A stretch of DNA of 26,100 nucleotides from Candidatus Binatia bacterium (GCA_035693605.1 DASSGE010000078.1:1-26100), one strand, 5' to 3'; shown: positions 16,883 to 26,040, counted from the first letter of the stretch. Translations and numbers: made by a program. Notes: generated by a model from the letters alone, not told the origin.

Positions 16883-18439
16883 ATGTTAGTCGTCACCAGC
16901 GCACAGATGCGCGAGTTGGATCGTCTGACGATTCAGAAATTCGGCATACCGAGCTTGACGCTAATGGAGCGCGCCGGCGAGGCTATCGCGGCGGCGATTG
17001 TCAAGCGCTTCGCGCGCGCGGCCAAAAAAGGTGTTTTGGTGGTCGCCGGCAAGGGCAACAATGGCGGCGACGGTTTTGTTGTCGCACGTCTGTTGAAGAA
17101 AAAGCGCATTCCCTGCGAGGTCGCCTTGCTGGCACGGCGCGATGAGTTGACGCCCGATGCGGCGGAAAATCTGCGCGCCTGGGTCAAGCTCAAAGGAAAA
17201 GTTACCGAGGTCAACGCTGATACACTCGGTTTGCTGGGCCAAAGGATTGGCAAATACGGACTTATCGTTGACGCCATTCTCGGCACCGGAACTAAAAATA
17301 CCGTGTCGGGCTTGTTCGGTGAGGCGATCACGCTCTTGAACGCCTCCGGTTTGCCCACCGTTGCGGTCGATATTCCCTCCGGGATGGACAGCGACAAGGG
17401 CCATCCGTTGGGCCCGGCGATTCAAGCTGAGATGACTGTATCTCTGGGGTTTCCCAAGCTCGGCGAAGTAATTCATCCGGGTCTAGCTCGCGTCGGCGAA
17501 TTGGTCGTGGCCGATATTGGTATCGACGGCCGCGCGGTTGACGAAGTCGCGCCGCAAACCGAGCTGTTGGAGCTCGAAACTGTCCGTTGGCTCGTACCGC
17601 GGCGCTTAGCGGATACGCACAAGGGGAGTTACGGACATCTTTTGGTGGTCGCCGGCGCACGAGGCAAAACCGGCGCGGCGATTTTGTCCTGCCGCGCCGC
17701 TATGCGCGCCGGTGCGGGGCTAGTCACCCTCGCGGCGCCGCGTGCACTGAATTCGATTTTTGCGAGCTCATTGGTCGAAGTGATGACCGAACCGTTGTGT
17801 GACGATTCGTCCGAGTATTTACAAACGCTCACCGATGCCGATTGGCGGCGTTTGCTTGAGCGCAAGAACGTCTTGCTTTTTGGCCCGGGTATCGGCGTTA
17901 GCGACGCCACACATAATTCAATTCGCTGGCTGTTAAAAAACCTAGACATACCCTGGGTTATCGATGCCGATGGTTTGAATAATTTAGCGCTCGAATTGGA
18001 CCGCCTGCGCAACGCCAGGATGGCGCCGATTCTCACTCCGCATCCAGGCGAGATGGCACGTTTGATTGGCAAGAACACGGCTGCGGTGAACGCCGATCGC
18101 ATCGAAACCGCGCGTGGTTTCGCCCTGGCGCATCGCTGTCATTTAATCCTCAAAGGCGCGCGCACTGTGATCGCTACGGCCGACGGCAAAGTTTTTATCA
18201 ACCCCACCGGCAATCCTGGCATGGCCAGCGGCGGCATGGGGGATGTGCTGGCGGGAATCATCGCGGCTCTGTTGGGACAGGGATTATCGCCTGAAGACGC
18301 CATGAAGCTGGGCGTCTACGTGCATGGTTATATCGGCGACCGGGTTGCCGAATCGAAGGGGCCGATCGGACTGCTGGCATCGGATATTGTCGAGCGACTA
18401 CCCAGAGCTCTGGGGGAATTCGCCGCCTTGCCTTCATAG
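16883..18439 (+). CDS. nnr: Bifunctional NAD(P)H-hydrate epimerase/dehydratase (NnrE-NnrD fusion)
   Basis: YjeF_N motifs GKGNNGGDG, DAILGTG, VDIPSG; dehydratase motifs HKGSYG, GPGIG, DADGL, TPHPGEM, GMASGGMGDVLAG. Confidence 0.96.
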   Translation: MLVVTSAQMRELDRLTIQKFGIPSLTLMERAGEAIAAAIVKRFARAAKKGVLVVAGKGNNGGDGFVVARLLKKKRIPCEVALLARRDELTPDAAENLRAWVKLKGKVTEVNADTLGLLGQRIGKYGLIVDAILGTGTKNTVSGLFGEAITLLNASGLPTVAVDIPSGMDSDKGHPLGPAIQAEMTVSLGFPKLGEVIHPGLARVGELVVADIGIDGRAVDEVAPQTELLELETVRWLVPRRLADTHKGSYGHLLVVAGARGKTGAAILSCRAAMRAGAGLVTLAAPRALNSIFASSLVEVMTEPLCDDSSEYLQTLTDADWRRLLERKNVLLFGPGIGVSDATHNSIRWLLKNLDIPWVIDADGLNNLALELDRLRNARMAPILTPHPGEMARLIGKNTAAVNADRIETARGFALAHRCHLILKGARTVIATADGKVFINPTGNPGMASGGMGDVLAGIIAALLGQGLSPEDAMKLGVYVHGYIGDRVAESKGPIGLLASDIVERLPRALGEFAALPS

Positions 18440-18491
18440 ACTCGAAATCTTCTCAAGAATGTACTAGTTGTACTCAGGGGCCCGGGTGCAG

Positions 18492-19022
18492 ATGGGTGGC
18501 TGGACTACTGTTACAACTTCGCCGCGGCAAAGCCAAAATCTGGGAAGAAACCTTGGGAAATTAGTTCAAGGCGGCGAGATCATCGGCCTTGTCGGCGAGT
18601 TCGGAGCCGGCAAGACCTGTTTCGTGCGCGGCTTCGCGCAGGGAATCGAAGTCGCTGCCGACGCCTGGGTACGTAGTCCGACTTTTACGTTGATCAACGA
18701 ATACAGCGGGCGGCTGCCGGTTTATCACATCGATCTTTATCGGGTCGGCAAGCAAGCAGAACTCGACGGTCTGAATCTGCGCGAGTATCTCTACGGCGAC
18801 GGCGTGAGCTTGATCGAATGGTTCGAGTTCTTACCCGTCCATGAGGTCGACGAGTATCTGGAGTTGCGGATTGTCCATCTCGGCGGCAACACCCGCGAAC
18901 TGACCTTCGTCGCCAACGGAGAGCAATATGAGCGGCTGCTCGAAGATTTGAAAAAGACATCTTTCAAGGGTTCAAGGGTTCAAAAGTTCAAGGTCCGGCG
19001 CAAATCAAAGAGCGAGAACTGA
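18492..19022 (+). CDS. tsaE: tRNA threonylcarbamoyladenosine biosynthesis ATPase TsaE
   Basis: Walker [27 protein letters not shown] 18492 preferred over TTG 18468. Confidence 0.94.
   Translation: MGGWTTVTTSPRQSQNLGRNLGKLVQGGEIIGLVGEFGAGKTCFVRGFAQGIEVAADAWVRSPTFTLINEYSGRLPVYHIDLYRVGKQAELDGLNLREYLYGDGVSLIEWFEFLPVHEVDEYLELRIVHLGGNTRELTFVANGEQYERLLEDLKKTSFKGSRVQKFKVRRKSKSEN
18963..18994. repeat. Octamer tandem repeat x4 in the 3' end of tsaE
   Basis: TTCAAGGG TTCAAGGG TTCAAAAG TTCAAGGT. Confidence 0.85.
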
Positions 19023-19026
19023 GATT

Positions 19027-20238
19027 GTGGCATTACTGGTGCAAAAATACGGCGGGACATCCGTCGGATCGATCGATAAAATCAAAAACGTAGCCGCCAA
19101 AGTAGCGGCAACGAAAGCGGCCGGCAACGATGTTGTCGTCGTGGTTTCCGCCATGGCCGGGGAAACCAATCGATTGATTGCCTTTGCCCAAGAAATTTCC
19201 CGGCTTCCCGATGAACGGGAAAAGGATGTCCTAATCGCCACCGGCGAACAAGTGACCGTGGCCTTGTTGAGTTTGGCGCTCAAAGAGATCGGCCAGCCGG
19301 CACGCTCTTATCTGGGCCATCAGGTTCGTATCGAGACGGACAACGCCTACGGTAAAGCGCGCATTTTGAGCATCGATTCGACGAAAATCGTGCAAGCCTT
19401 GAGCGCTGGCGAAGTCGTCGTGGTCGCAGGGTTTCAAGGGGTCGATGAAAACGACAACATTACCACTCTGGGGCGCGGCGGATCGGACACCAGCGCAGTG
19501 GCGCTGGCGGCTTTTCTCCATGCCCGGGCTTGCGAGATCTACACCGATGTCGAAGGGGTTTTCACGACCGATCCGCGCATCTGTCCGCGGGCGAAAAAGT
19601 TGGGCAAGATTTCGTACGATGAGATGATCGAGTTGGCCAGTACCGGCGCCAAGGTTTTAGAAATTCGTTCCGTCGAATTCGCCAAAAAATACGGCGTGCC
19701 GGTGCATGTCCGTTCGACATTTGCCGACGTTGAGGGCACCTGGCTGGTCGAGGAGGATGACAGTATGAGCGATGTGTTAGTTTCCGGAGTGGCTTGCGAT
19801 AAGAACGAAGTCAAAATTACCCTCGTCCGGGTACCCGATCGGCCCGGCCTGGCGGCGCAGATATTCGGTCCCATCGCCGATGCTCATATTGTCGTCGACA
19901 TGATTATTCAGAACGCCAGCGAAGACGGCACCACCGATCTGACTTTCACCGTGCCCAAAGCCGATCATCAGAAGGCTCTTGCCATTGTCGAAAAATCGTT
20001 GCCGGAGGTCCATGCCAAAGGGATACGGGTCGATACCGATATTGCCAAAATTTCCGTGGTCGGCGTCGGCATGCGCACGCATGCCGGGGTGGCCGCGACC
20101 ACCTTCCAGACGCTGGCGCGGGAGAAGATCAACATTCAAATGATCTCGACTTCCGAGATCAAAATCTCGGTGGTCGTCGACGCCAAACAGTCGGACCAGG
20201 CGGTGCGCGCGCTGCATCAGGCCTTCATCTCCAATTAG
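19027..20238 (+). CDS. lysC: Aspartate kinase with two ACT domains
   Basis: VQKYGGTS, VVSAM, AGFQG, TTLGRGGSDTSA, IYTDVEGV, GAKVL; ACT domains VPDRPG and GVGMR..TSEIKIS; GTG start. Confidence 0.97.
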   Translation: MALLVQKYGGTSVGSIDKIKNVAAKVAATKAAGNDVVVVVSAMAGETNRLIAFAQEISRLPDEREKDVLIATGEQVTVALLSLALKEIGQPARSYLGHQVRIETDNAYGKARILSIDSTKIVQALSAGEVVVVAGFQGVDENDNITTLGRGGSDTSAVALAAFLHARACEIYTDVEGVFTTDPRICPRAKKLGKISYDEMIELASTGAKVLEIRSVEFAKKYGVPVHVRSTFADVEGTWLVEEDDSMSDVLVSGVACDKNEVKITLVRVPDRPGLAAQIFGPIADAHIVVDMIIQNASEDGTTDLTFTVPKADHQKALAIVEKSLPEVHAKGIRVDTDIAKISVVGVGMRTHAGVAATTFQTLAREKINIQMISTSEIKISVVVDAKQSDQAVRALHQAFISN

Positions 20239-20246
20239 AGGAAGTT

Positions 20247-21827
20247 ATGAAAGACGTTTTGCTTTACGACACGACCCTGAGAGACGGCTGCCAAGCCGAA
20301 GATGTTTCGTTCACGCTGCAGGATAAATTGCGCATTGCCGAGAAGCTCGACGATCTGGGTATCGACTATATCGAAGGCGGCTATCCTGGTTCCAACGAGC
20401 GCGACGCGGATTTTTTTAAACAGGTGGAAAAGCTGAAGCTTCGCAATGCCAAGGTGGCGTCCTTCGGCACAACCAGAAAATTCGGCGTCAAACCGTCTCA
20501 GGATTTCAATTTGAAAGTGCTGCTCCAGGCCGAAACCTCCGTGGTGACGCTGGTCGGCAAGACTTGGGACCTACACGTGCGCGACGATTTGCGCATCAGC
20601 CAGAAGGCCAATCTGGAGATCATCGCCGACTCCATTGCCTATATGAAGAAGCGCGTCGACGAAGTCATTTTCGATGCCGAACATTTCTTTGACGGCTTTC
20701 GCGCCAACCCCGATTATGCCATCGAATGCGTCAAAGCGGCGCAGGAGGGGGGTGCCGACTGGATTGTTCTGTGCGAAACCAACGGCGGGCGTCTGCCCGG
20801 TGAGATCCGCGAAGCGTTGGTCCAGGTCAACCGCGCGGTCAAGACGCCGTTGGGGATCCACTGCCATAACGACGGCGAGCTCGCAGTGGCCAATACCCTG
20901 GCCGGCGTGGAAATGGGCGTGACCCAGGTGCAGGGAACCATCAATGGTTTCGGCGAGCGCTGCGGCAACATGAATTTGATTTCGGTGATCGCCAACTTGC
21001 AGCTGAAAATGGGCAAGAAATGCGTCACGCCGGCGCAATTAAAAAAGCTCCGCGAAGTCTCGCAGCTGTTCTACGAGCTGGCCAACATCAATCCGAACAA
21101 ACGTCAAGCTTATGTCGGCGACAGCGCGTTTGCCCATAAAGGCGGCTTGCATGTTTCCGGCGTTCTCAAGAACCGCGAGACCTACGAGCATATCGATCCC
21201 GAAGTAGTCGGTAACCGCCAGCGGGTTTTGGTCTCGGATCTTTCCGGCCGCAGTAATGTGGTCTACAAAGGCAAAGAATACGGCATCGATCTCAAGGACA
21301 AGAATGACGCGGTCAAAGAGGTGCTGCGCCGGACCAAGGAGCTTGAGGGCCAAGGCTACGAATACCAGGCCGCGGAGGCTTCCTTTGAACTGTTGATTCA
21401 AGAAGCGTTGGGCAAGAAAAGGAAAAATTTCAATTTGGTCGGTTTCCGTGTCATCGATGAGAAACGCAAAGAAGGCGAGCCGCCGATTTCCGAAGCGACG
21501 ATACAAGTGCAAGTCGACGGGGAAATGGAACATGCGGCGGCGATGGGCAATGGTCCGGTGAACGCTTTGGACCAAGCTCTGCGCCGGGCGCTGACCAAAT
21601 TCTACCCTGCGCTCAAGCAAGTCGAATTGCTTGATTACAAAGTTCGGGTGCTGTCTTCCGGCGAAGGCACTGGCGCGGTGGTGCGGGTATTGATCGAATC
21701 GGGGGACGGCAAGGATCGTTGGGGCACCGTCGGGGTTTCGCACAATGTCATCGAGGCAAGCTGGCAGGCTTTGGTCGATAGTATAGACTACAAGCTATAC
21801 AAGGATTCGCGACATAGGGCGAGTTAG
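20247..21827 (+). CDS. cimA: Citramalate synthase (LeuA-like family, bacterial CimA type)
   Basis: DTTLRDG, GGYPGSN, DAEHFFDG, HCHND, GFGERCGN, YVGDSAFAHKGGLH, YEHIDP..VGN, SDLSGRSN and a C-terminal regulatory domain. The DAEHFFDG/YEHI signature fits CimA rather than canonical LeuA. Confidence 0.88.
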   Translation: MKDVLLYDTTLRDGCQAEDVSFTLQDKLRIAEKLDDLGIDYIEGGYPGSNERDADFFKQVEKLKLRNAKVASFGTTRKFGVKPSQDFNLKVLLQAETSVVTLVGKTWDLHVRDDLRISQKANLEIIADSIAYMKKRVDEVIFDAEHFFDGFRANPDYAIECVKAAQEGGADWIVLCETNGGRLPGEIREALVQVNRAVKTPLGIHCHNDGELAVANTLAGVEMGVTQVQGTINGFGERCGNMNLISVIANLQLKMGKKCVTPAQLKKLREVSQLFYELANINPNKRQAYVGDSAFAHKGGLHVSGVLKNRETYEHIDPEVVGNRQRVLVSDLSGRSNVVYKGKEYGIDLKDKNDAVKEVLRRTKELEGQGYEYQAAEASFELLIQEALGKKRKNFNLVGFRVIDEKRKEGEPPISEATIQVQVDGEMEHAAAMGNGPVNALDQALRRALTKFYPALKQVELLDYKVRVLSSGEGTGAVVRVLIESGDGKDRWGTVGVSHNVIEASWQALVDSIDYKLYKDSRHRAS

Positions 21828-21833
21828 GGGGAA

Positions 21834-21914
21834 GGCAATGGGCAGCGGGCAATAGGCAATAGTTAGCTCGGGTTTTTTTCCGAAACTATTGCCTGCTGCC
21901 ATTGCCTATTGCCC
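21834..21914. repeat. Inverted array of GGCAATA-type heptamers between cimA and cysE
   Basis: Left arm GGCAATG GGCAGCG GGCAATA GGCAATA GTT; right arm AAC TATTGCC TGCTGCC ATTGCC TATTGCC; centre AGC TCGG GTTTTTTT CCGA. Confidence 0.9.
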
Positions 21915-21922
21915 TGCTATCG

Positions 21923-22657
21923 ATGTGGCAGACGATAAAAGAAGACTTCCAGGTGGTCTCGCAGCGCGATCCAGCGCTGCGTTCGGTCTGGGAGATTGTG
22001 CTGGCCTATCCGGGATTTCATGCCATCGTGTTGCATCGTCTGGGACACGCGCTGTGGCGCCGGGGGCTGACGACATTGGCGCGTTTCGTGAGCCATGTGG
22101 GCCGGTTCCTCACCGGTATCGAGATTCACCCCGGGGCGACGATAGGCCGGCGTTTCTTTATCGATCACGGCATGGGCGTGGTCATAGGCGAGACTACTGA
22201 GATCGGCGATGACGTGACGATCTACCAAGGCGTCACTCTCGGCGGCACTTCGACCCAGCGCATCAAGCGCCATCCGACCATCGAGGATTCTGTGACAATT
22301 TTTAGCGGCGCGGCCGTTCTCGGTCCGGTGACCGTCGGCCGTCACAGCCGTATTGGCGCCGGCTCGGTTCTAGTGACATCGGTGCCGGCCCATTCCACAG
22401 TCGTCGGTATTCCCGGCAAAGTGGTCAAAGTCGAGGCGCAGCATACGCCGTCGGGCAAGGCGATCATCGATCTAAATTCCGCCGACCTCCCCGACCCCAT
22501 CGCCAAGGCGTTGGGCGCGGTGGGCGACTACATCGAGAAATTGGAGAAAAAAGTCGATGAGCTGAGCGCGCGCCAAGGCGGTCTCGAAGTGAAAACCGCT
22601 GAGGAAGCCGAAGAACTCAATCGTATCAAAGAAGCCCTGCGCAATAACGGAAGTTGA
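21923..22657 (+). CDS. cysE: Serine O-acetyltransferase
   Basis: [52 protein letters not shown]; C-terminal LPDP plus coiled coil. Start ATG 21923. Confidence 0.96.
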   Translation: MWQTIKEDFQVVSQRDPALRSVWEIVLAYPGFHAIVLHRLGHALWRRGLTTLARFVSHVGRFLTGIEIHPGATIGRRFFIDHGMGVVIGETTEIGDDVTIYQGVTLGGTSTQRIKRHPTIEDSVTIFSGAAVLGPVTVGRHSRIGAGSVLVTSVPAHSTVVGIPGKVVKVEAQHTPSGKAIIDLNSADLPDPIAKALGAVGDYIEKLEKKVDELSARQGGLEVKTAEEAEELNRIKEALRNNGS

Positions 22658-22719
22658 AGCAGTCGAGAGGCGCGAGTCAGAAGGCCTGTTGCAGCGGAAT
22701 AGCTTCAATACAATTAGCG

Positions 22720-23784
22720 ATGTTAGACCGAAGTAAAAAAATAGTCGTAGCCATGAGCGGCGGGGTCGATAGTTCGGTGGCCGCCGCGTTGATGCTCGAG
22801 CAGGGGTACGAAGTCCTCGGCGTCTCCTTGCGCATGTGGGAGGGCGAGAAGGGGCCGCGGGTCTGCTCGGATCATCGGGGCGCGGAGGAGGTGGCCAAGC
22901 ATCTGGGCATCTCCCATACCTTGCTCGATTTGCGCGAGCAATTCGCCAACACGGTCGTCAAGCCATTCGCTCACGACTATCTGCATGGCCGCACGCCCAA
23001 TCCCTGCGTGGCGTGCAATCGGGATTTCAAGCTCGGCACGTTACTGCGCTGGACTGAAGAGCAAGGCGCGCATAGTGTCGCCACCGGCCATTACGCGCGG
23101 GTGAGCCGGAATCCTGCGACCGGACGTGCAGTGTTGCAGCGCGGTGTCGACACCGGCAAAGACCAGTCTTATTTTCTCTTCGCGCTGTCGCAAGCGCAAT
23201 TATTGCGCACGATGTTTCCCTTGGGCGAAATGCACAAGAACGCGGTGCGCGACAAAGCCCGGCAGCTCAACTTGCCCGCGGCGGAGCGGCCGGAGAGCCA
23301 GGATATATGCTTCGGCGATTACAAGGCCTTGGTTGCCAGGCACGCGGCGCCGAGTGAGTTGGTCGGGGGCGATGTCGTCGACCGTTCGGGCCAAGTGCTC
23401 GGACAACACGGCGGCGTGCACACGGTAACGGTCGGGCAGCGGCGCGGCTTGGGCATCTCGGCGGCGCAACCGCTCTACGTCCTCGATATCGACGACGCCT
23501 CGCAGCGCGTCGTAGTCGGCAGCAAGAGCGATTTGGACTGCAAAGGGCTGATGGCAGGTGCGGTGAATTGGATCGAAGCGCCGGGTGGTTCGGAGATCGC
23601 CGCCGAAGTGCAGATTCGCTACCGCGCGCCGGCGGTGCCTTGCGTGATCCGGCCGCTGGCCGAAGATTGCTGCGAAGTGCTTTTCGATCGTCCTTTGCCG
23701 GCCGTGACGCCGGGACAAGCGGCGGTTTTTTATCGCGGCGCGCAAGTGCTGGGAGGCGGCTGGATTGAGCGTCCTTTGCGCTAG
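22720..23784 (+). CDS. mnmA: tRNA-specific 2-thiouridylase
   Basis: AMSGGVDSS, TPNPCVACN, ATGHYAR, KDQSYFL, ESQDICF, TVGQRRGLG, AVTPGQAAVFY. Start set at ATG 22720. Confidence 0.97.
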   Translation: MLDRSKKIVVAMSGGVDSSVAAALMLEQGYEVLGVSLRMWEGEKGPRVCSDHRGAEEVAKHLGISHTLLDLREQFANTVVKPFAHDYLHGRTPNPCVACNRDFKLGTLLRWTEEQGAHSVATGHYARVSRNPATGRAVLQRGVDTGKDQSYFLFALSQAQLLRTMFPLGEMHKNAVRDKARQLNLPAAERPESQDICFGDYKALVARHAAPSELVGGDVVDRSGQVLGQHGGVHTVTVGQRRGLGISAAQPLYVLDIDDASQRVVVGSKSDLDCKGLMAGAVNWIEAPGGSEIAAEVQIRYRAPAVPCVIRPLAEDCCEVLFDRPLPAVTPGQAAVFYRGAQVLGGGWIERPLR

Positions 23785-23796
23785 CGCAAAGGACGC
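23769..23796. repeat. Perfect 28-bp palindrome centred on the mnmA stop codon
   Basis: GCGTCCTTTGCGCT|AGCGCAAAGGACGC; the TAG is at 23782-23784. Confidence 0.95.
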
Positions 23797-23873
23797 GATG
23801 ACAGCTTACCGATTACATTCGCGGATCCGAGGAATATTGAATTTGTAGTTTGGAATTTCACGAAGTGCAATAA

Positions 23874-25208
23874 ATGAAGATCGCTATCACTACCCTCGGT
23901 TGTAAAATTAACCAGTACGACTCGGCGGTGATTCAGAATCGTTTGGAGAACAAGCATTCGTTCGTGCCCTTCGAGGACGCGGCCGACTGTTACGTGATCA
24001 ATACCTGCACCGTCACCGACCGCGCCGATTGGGAAGCGCGCCAGTTGGTCCGCCGCGCCAAGCGTCGGAATCCCGGAGCTAAGGTGCTGGTCACCGGCTG
24101 TTACGCTCAGGTCAATGCCGATGAGGTCGCGCGCTTGGCGGGCGTGGATTACGTCGTTGGCCTCAACCGACTGGATGATTTGATTCGTTACGTCGAGTCT
24201 GCTCCGTCGGGAGAAACCCAAGTGGCGGTGAGCGACGTCAAACGCCAGCGCGGTGTGCCGGTGCTGGGGACGCGAGCGCTGCCCGGTCATACGCGAGCCT
24301 TTTTGAAAATTCAGGAGGGCTGCAACTACACTTGCACCTATTGCATCATTCCGACGGCGCGCGGGCTGAGCCGCAGCGTGACGCCGCGGCAGGTCTTGGA
24401 GCAAGTGCGCCAGTTGGCCGGCGCCGGTTACCAGGAGATCGTTCTCACCGGCATTCATCTCGGCGGCTACGGCGCAGATCTCCAACCGAAACTTGATTTA
24501 ACCGCATTGGTCGAGCAGCTCGCCGAGAGCGGCTTGATGGCGCGCATTCGTCTGAGTTCTCTCGATCCGCGCGAAGTGCCCGACCGCTTGCTTGAATTCA
24601 TGGCGCGCTGCGAAACCATCTGTCCGCATTTGCATATTTGCGCCCAAGCGGGCGATGACGCAATCCTCAAAGCCATGCGGCGCAATTACGACACCGCCTA
24701 TTATCGCGACCTGCTCGCGTGTGTGCGTCAGCGCTTGCCTGAAGCGGCGCTCGGAAGCGATATCATCGTCGGCTTTCCCGGCGAGAGTGAAGCCCAGTTC
24801 GACGCTTCATTGGAATACTTCGAATCATTGCCGTTGACCTATTTCCACGTTTTTCCTTATTCGCCTCGACGCGGCACGGCGGCGACCATGCTGCCGGAGC
24901 CTGTGCCTGCGGCGGAAAAGAAGCGGCGCGCGCAACTGATGCGGGCATTGGGCGCGCGTAAGAAGCAAGAGTTTTGCGCCGGCTTTGCCGGCAAGCGCGT
25001 TAACGTCTTGGTCGAGGGTAAGATCGACAAGGCGAGCGGATTACAGCGCGGCTTTAGCCGCAATTACCTACCCGTGCTACTTGGCGGTGGCGGCATGCTC
25101 GCCAATCGGGAAGTCGATGTGCGTTTAAAAGACTATCGCAATGGTTGGCTGCACGGCAGCGTTGAAGCGGCAGCAGATGGGCAAGTACTGACCGCAACTC
25201 TCACTTAA
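23874..25208 (+). CDS. mtaB: tRNA t6A37 methylthiotransferase (radical SAM)
   Basis: UPF0004 cysteines LGCKINQYDS, NTCTVT, VTGCYAQ; radical SAM motif LKIQEGCNYTCTYC; LTGIHLG (MtaB-typical); DIIVGFPGE; HVFPYSPR; TRAM-like C-terminus. Confidence 0.92.
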   Translation: MKIAITTLGCKINQYDSAVIQNRLENKHSFVPFEDAADCYVINTCTVTDRADWEARQLVRRAKRRNPGAKVLVTGCYAQVNADEVARLAGVDYVVGLNRLDDLIRYVESAPSGETQVAVSDVKRQRGVPVLGTRALPGHTRAFLKIQEGCNYTCTYCIIPTARGLSRSVTPRQVLEQVRQLAGAGYQEIVLTGIHLGGYGADLQPKLDLTALVEQLAESGLMARIRLSSLDPREVPDRLLEFMARCETICPHLHICAQAGDDAILKAMRRNYDTAYYRDLLACVRQRLPEAALGSDIIVGFPGESEAQFDASLEYFESLPLTYFHVFPYSPRRGTAATMLPEPVPAAEKKRRAQLMRALGARKKQEFCAGFAGKRVNVLVEGKIDKASGLQRGFSRNYLPVLLGGGGMLANREVDVRLKDYRNGWLHGSVEAAADGQVLTATLT

Positions 25209-25215
25209 AACGCGC

Positions 25216-25905
25216 TTGGATACCGACGATAACCTCAAGCTGTTACGGCGCGCGCTGGGTTATAGTTTCAAGGATCCCGGATTGCTGCGGCGTGCCCTTA
25301 CCCATGTGTCCTACGACCGGCATAAGCGCGGCGATCATAACGAGGTCCTCGAGTTTCTTGGCGACGCGGTGCTTGACCTGGCGGTGAGCGATCTGTTGAT
25401 GCAGCACAATCCCGACAAAGCCGAGGGCGATCTGTCACGCATGCGCGCGGCCCTGGTGAATTCCACGGTACTGGCGGAAAAAGCGGGCGAACTTAATCTC
25501 GGCGCGTTACTGCTTTTGGGCAAAGGCGAAGAGCGCAGCGACGGGCGCAGCAAGCCATCGATTTTAGCCGGCGCATTCGAAGCGGTCCTTGGCGCGGTCT
25601 ATCGCGACGGCGGTTACGACGCGGCGCGCGGCGTTGTCGAAAGATTTTTTCTCCAAGAAGTTACCGGCAAACAACTGGGCCAGCAAGACTACAAGACCCG
25701 GCTGCAAGAGATCAGCCAGATGCTGTTTCATGCCCCACCCAGCTATCGCATCGTCGCCGAGGCCGGGCCCGATCACGAGAAAATGTTTGTCACCGAAATC
25801 ACGGTGGGCGGCAAGGTTTTGGGCCGGGGCGAAGGGAAGAGCAAAAAAGTTTCCGAACAGGAAGCCGCCAAATTGGCGCTATTGGAGCTTCAGCAAAGCC
25901 GCTGA
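25216..25905 (+). CDS. rnc: Ribonuclease III
   Basis: ALTH, signature NEVLEFLGDAVL, FEAVLGAVYRD, dsRBD DYKTRLQE..GPDH..G.GKSKK..EQEAA; TTG start. Confidence 0.97.
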   Translation: MDTDDNLKLLRRALGYSFKDPGLLRRALTHVSYDRHKRGDHNEVLEFLGDAVLDLAVSDLLMQHNPDKAEGDLSRMRAALVNSTVLAEKAGELNLGALLLLGKGEERSDGRSKPSILAGAFEAVLGAVYRDGGYDAARGVVERFFLQEVTGKQLGQQDYKTRLQEISQMLFHAPPSYRIVAEAGPDHEKMFVTEITVGGKVLGRGEGKSKKVSEQEAAKLALLELQQSR

Positions 25906-25962
25906 ACATCGTGGCTCGTGCATGATAGTTTACGCCGTATTCGTCAATTTTCCGAAGGATAG

Positions 25963-26040
25963 CGCAGAGACGCTGAGGACGCGGAGTAAGAACTTTTTAT
26001 TAGGATAGATTCCGATCTCGGCGAACTCTGTGCCTCCGTA
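25963..26040. repeat. Imperfect inverted repeat of CGCAGAG-type units
   Basis: Left arm CGCAGAG-A-CGCTGAG-GA-CGCGGAG; right arm reverse complement TACGGAG-G-CACAGAG-TT-CGCCGAG, with the same 1- and 2-nt spacing. Confidence 0.65.

Noticed and set aside
18965-18980. CAAGGGTTCAAGGGTT resembles a stretch of enterobacterial 6S RNA as I recall it
   Set aside because: It lies inside the tsaE frame, lacks the complementary arm and long closing stem, and is explained by the octamer repeat.
21834-21914. Short repeat arrays as CRISPR or integron attC sites
   Set aside because: Units are 7-9 nt with no unique spacers, there are no cas or integrase genes, and no paired RYYYAAC/GTTRRRY ends.
25589-26008. 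139-aa + strand ORF overlapping the 3' half of rnc
   Set aside because: Out-of-frame overlap with a conserved gene, no recognisable domain, and its tail runs through the repeat element.
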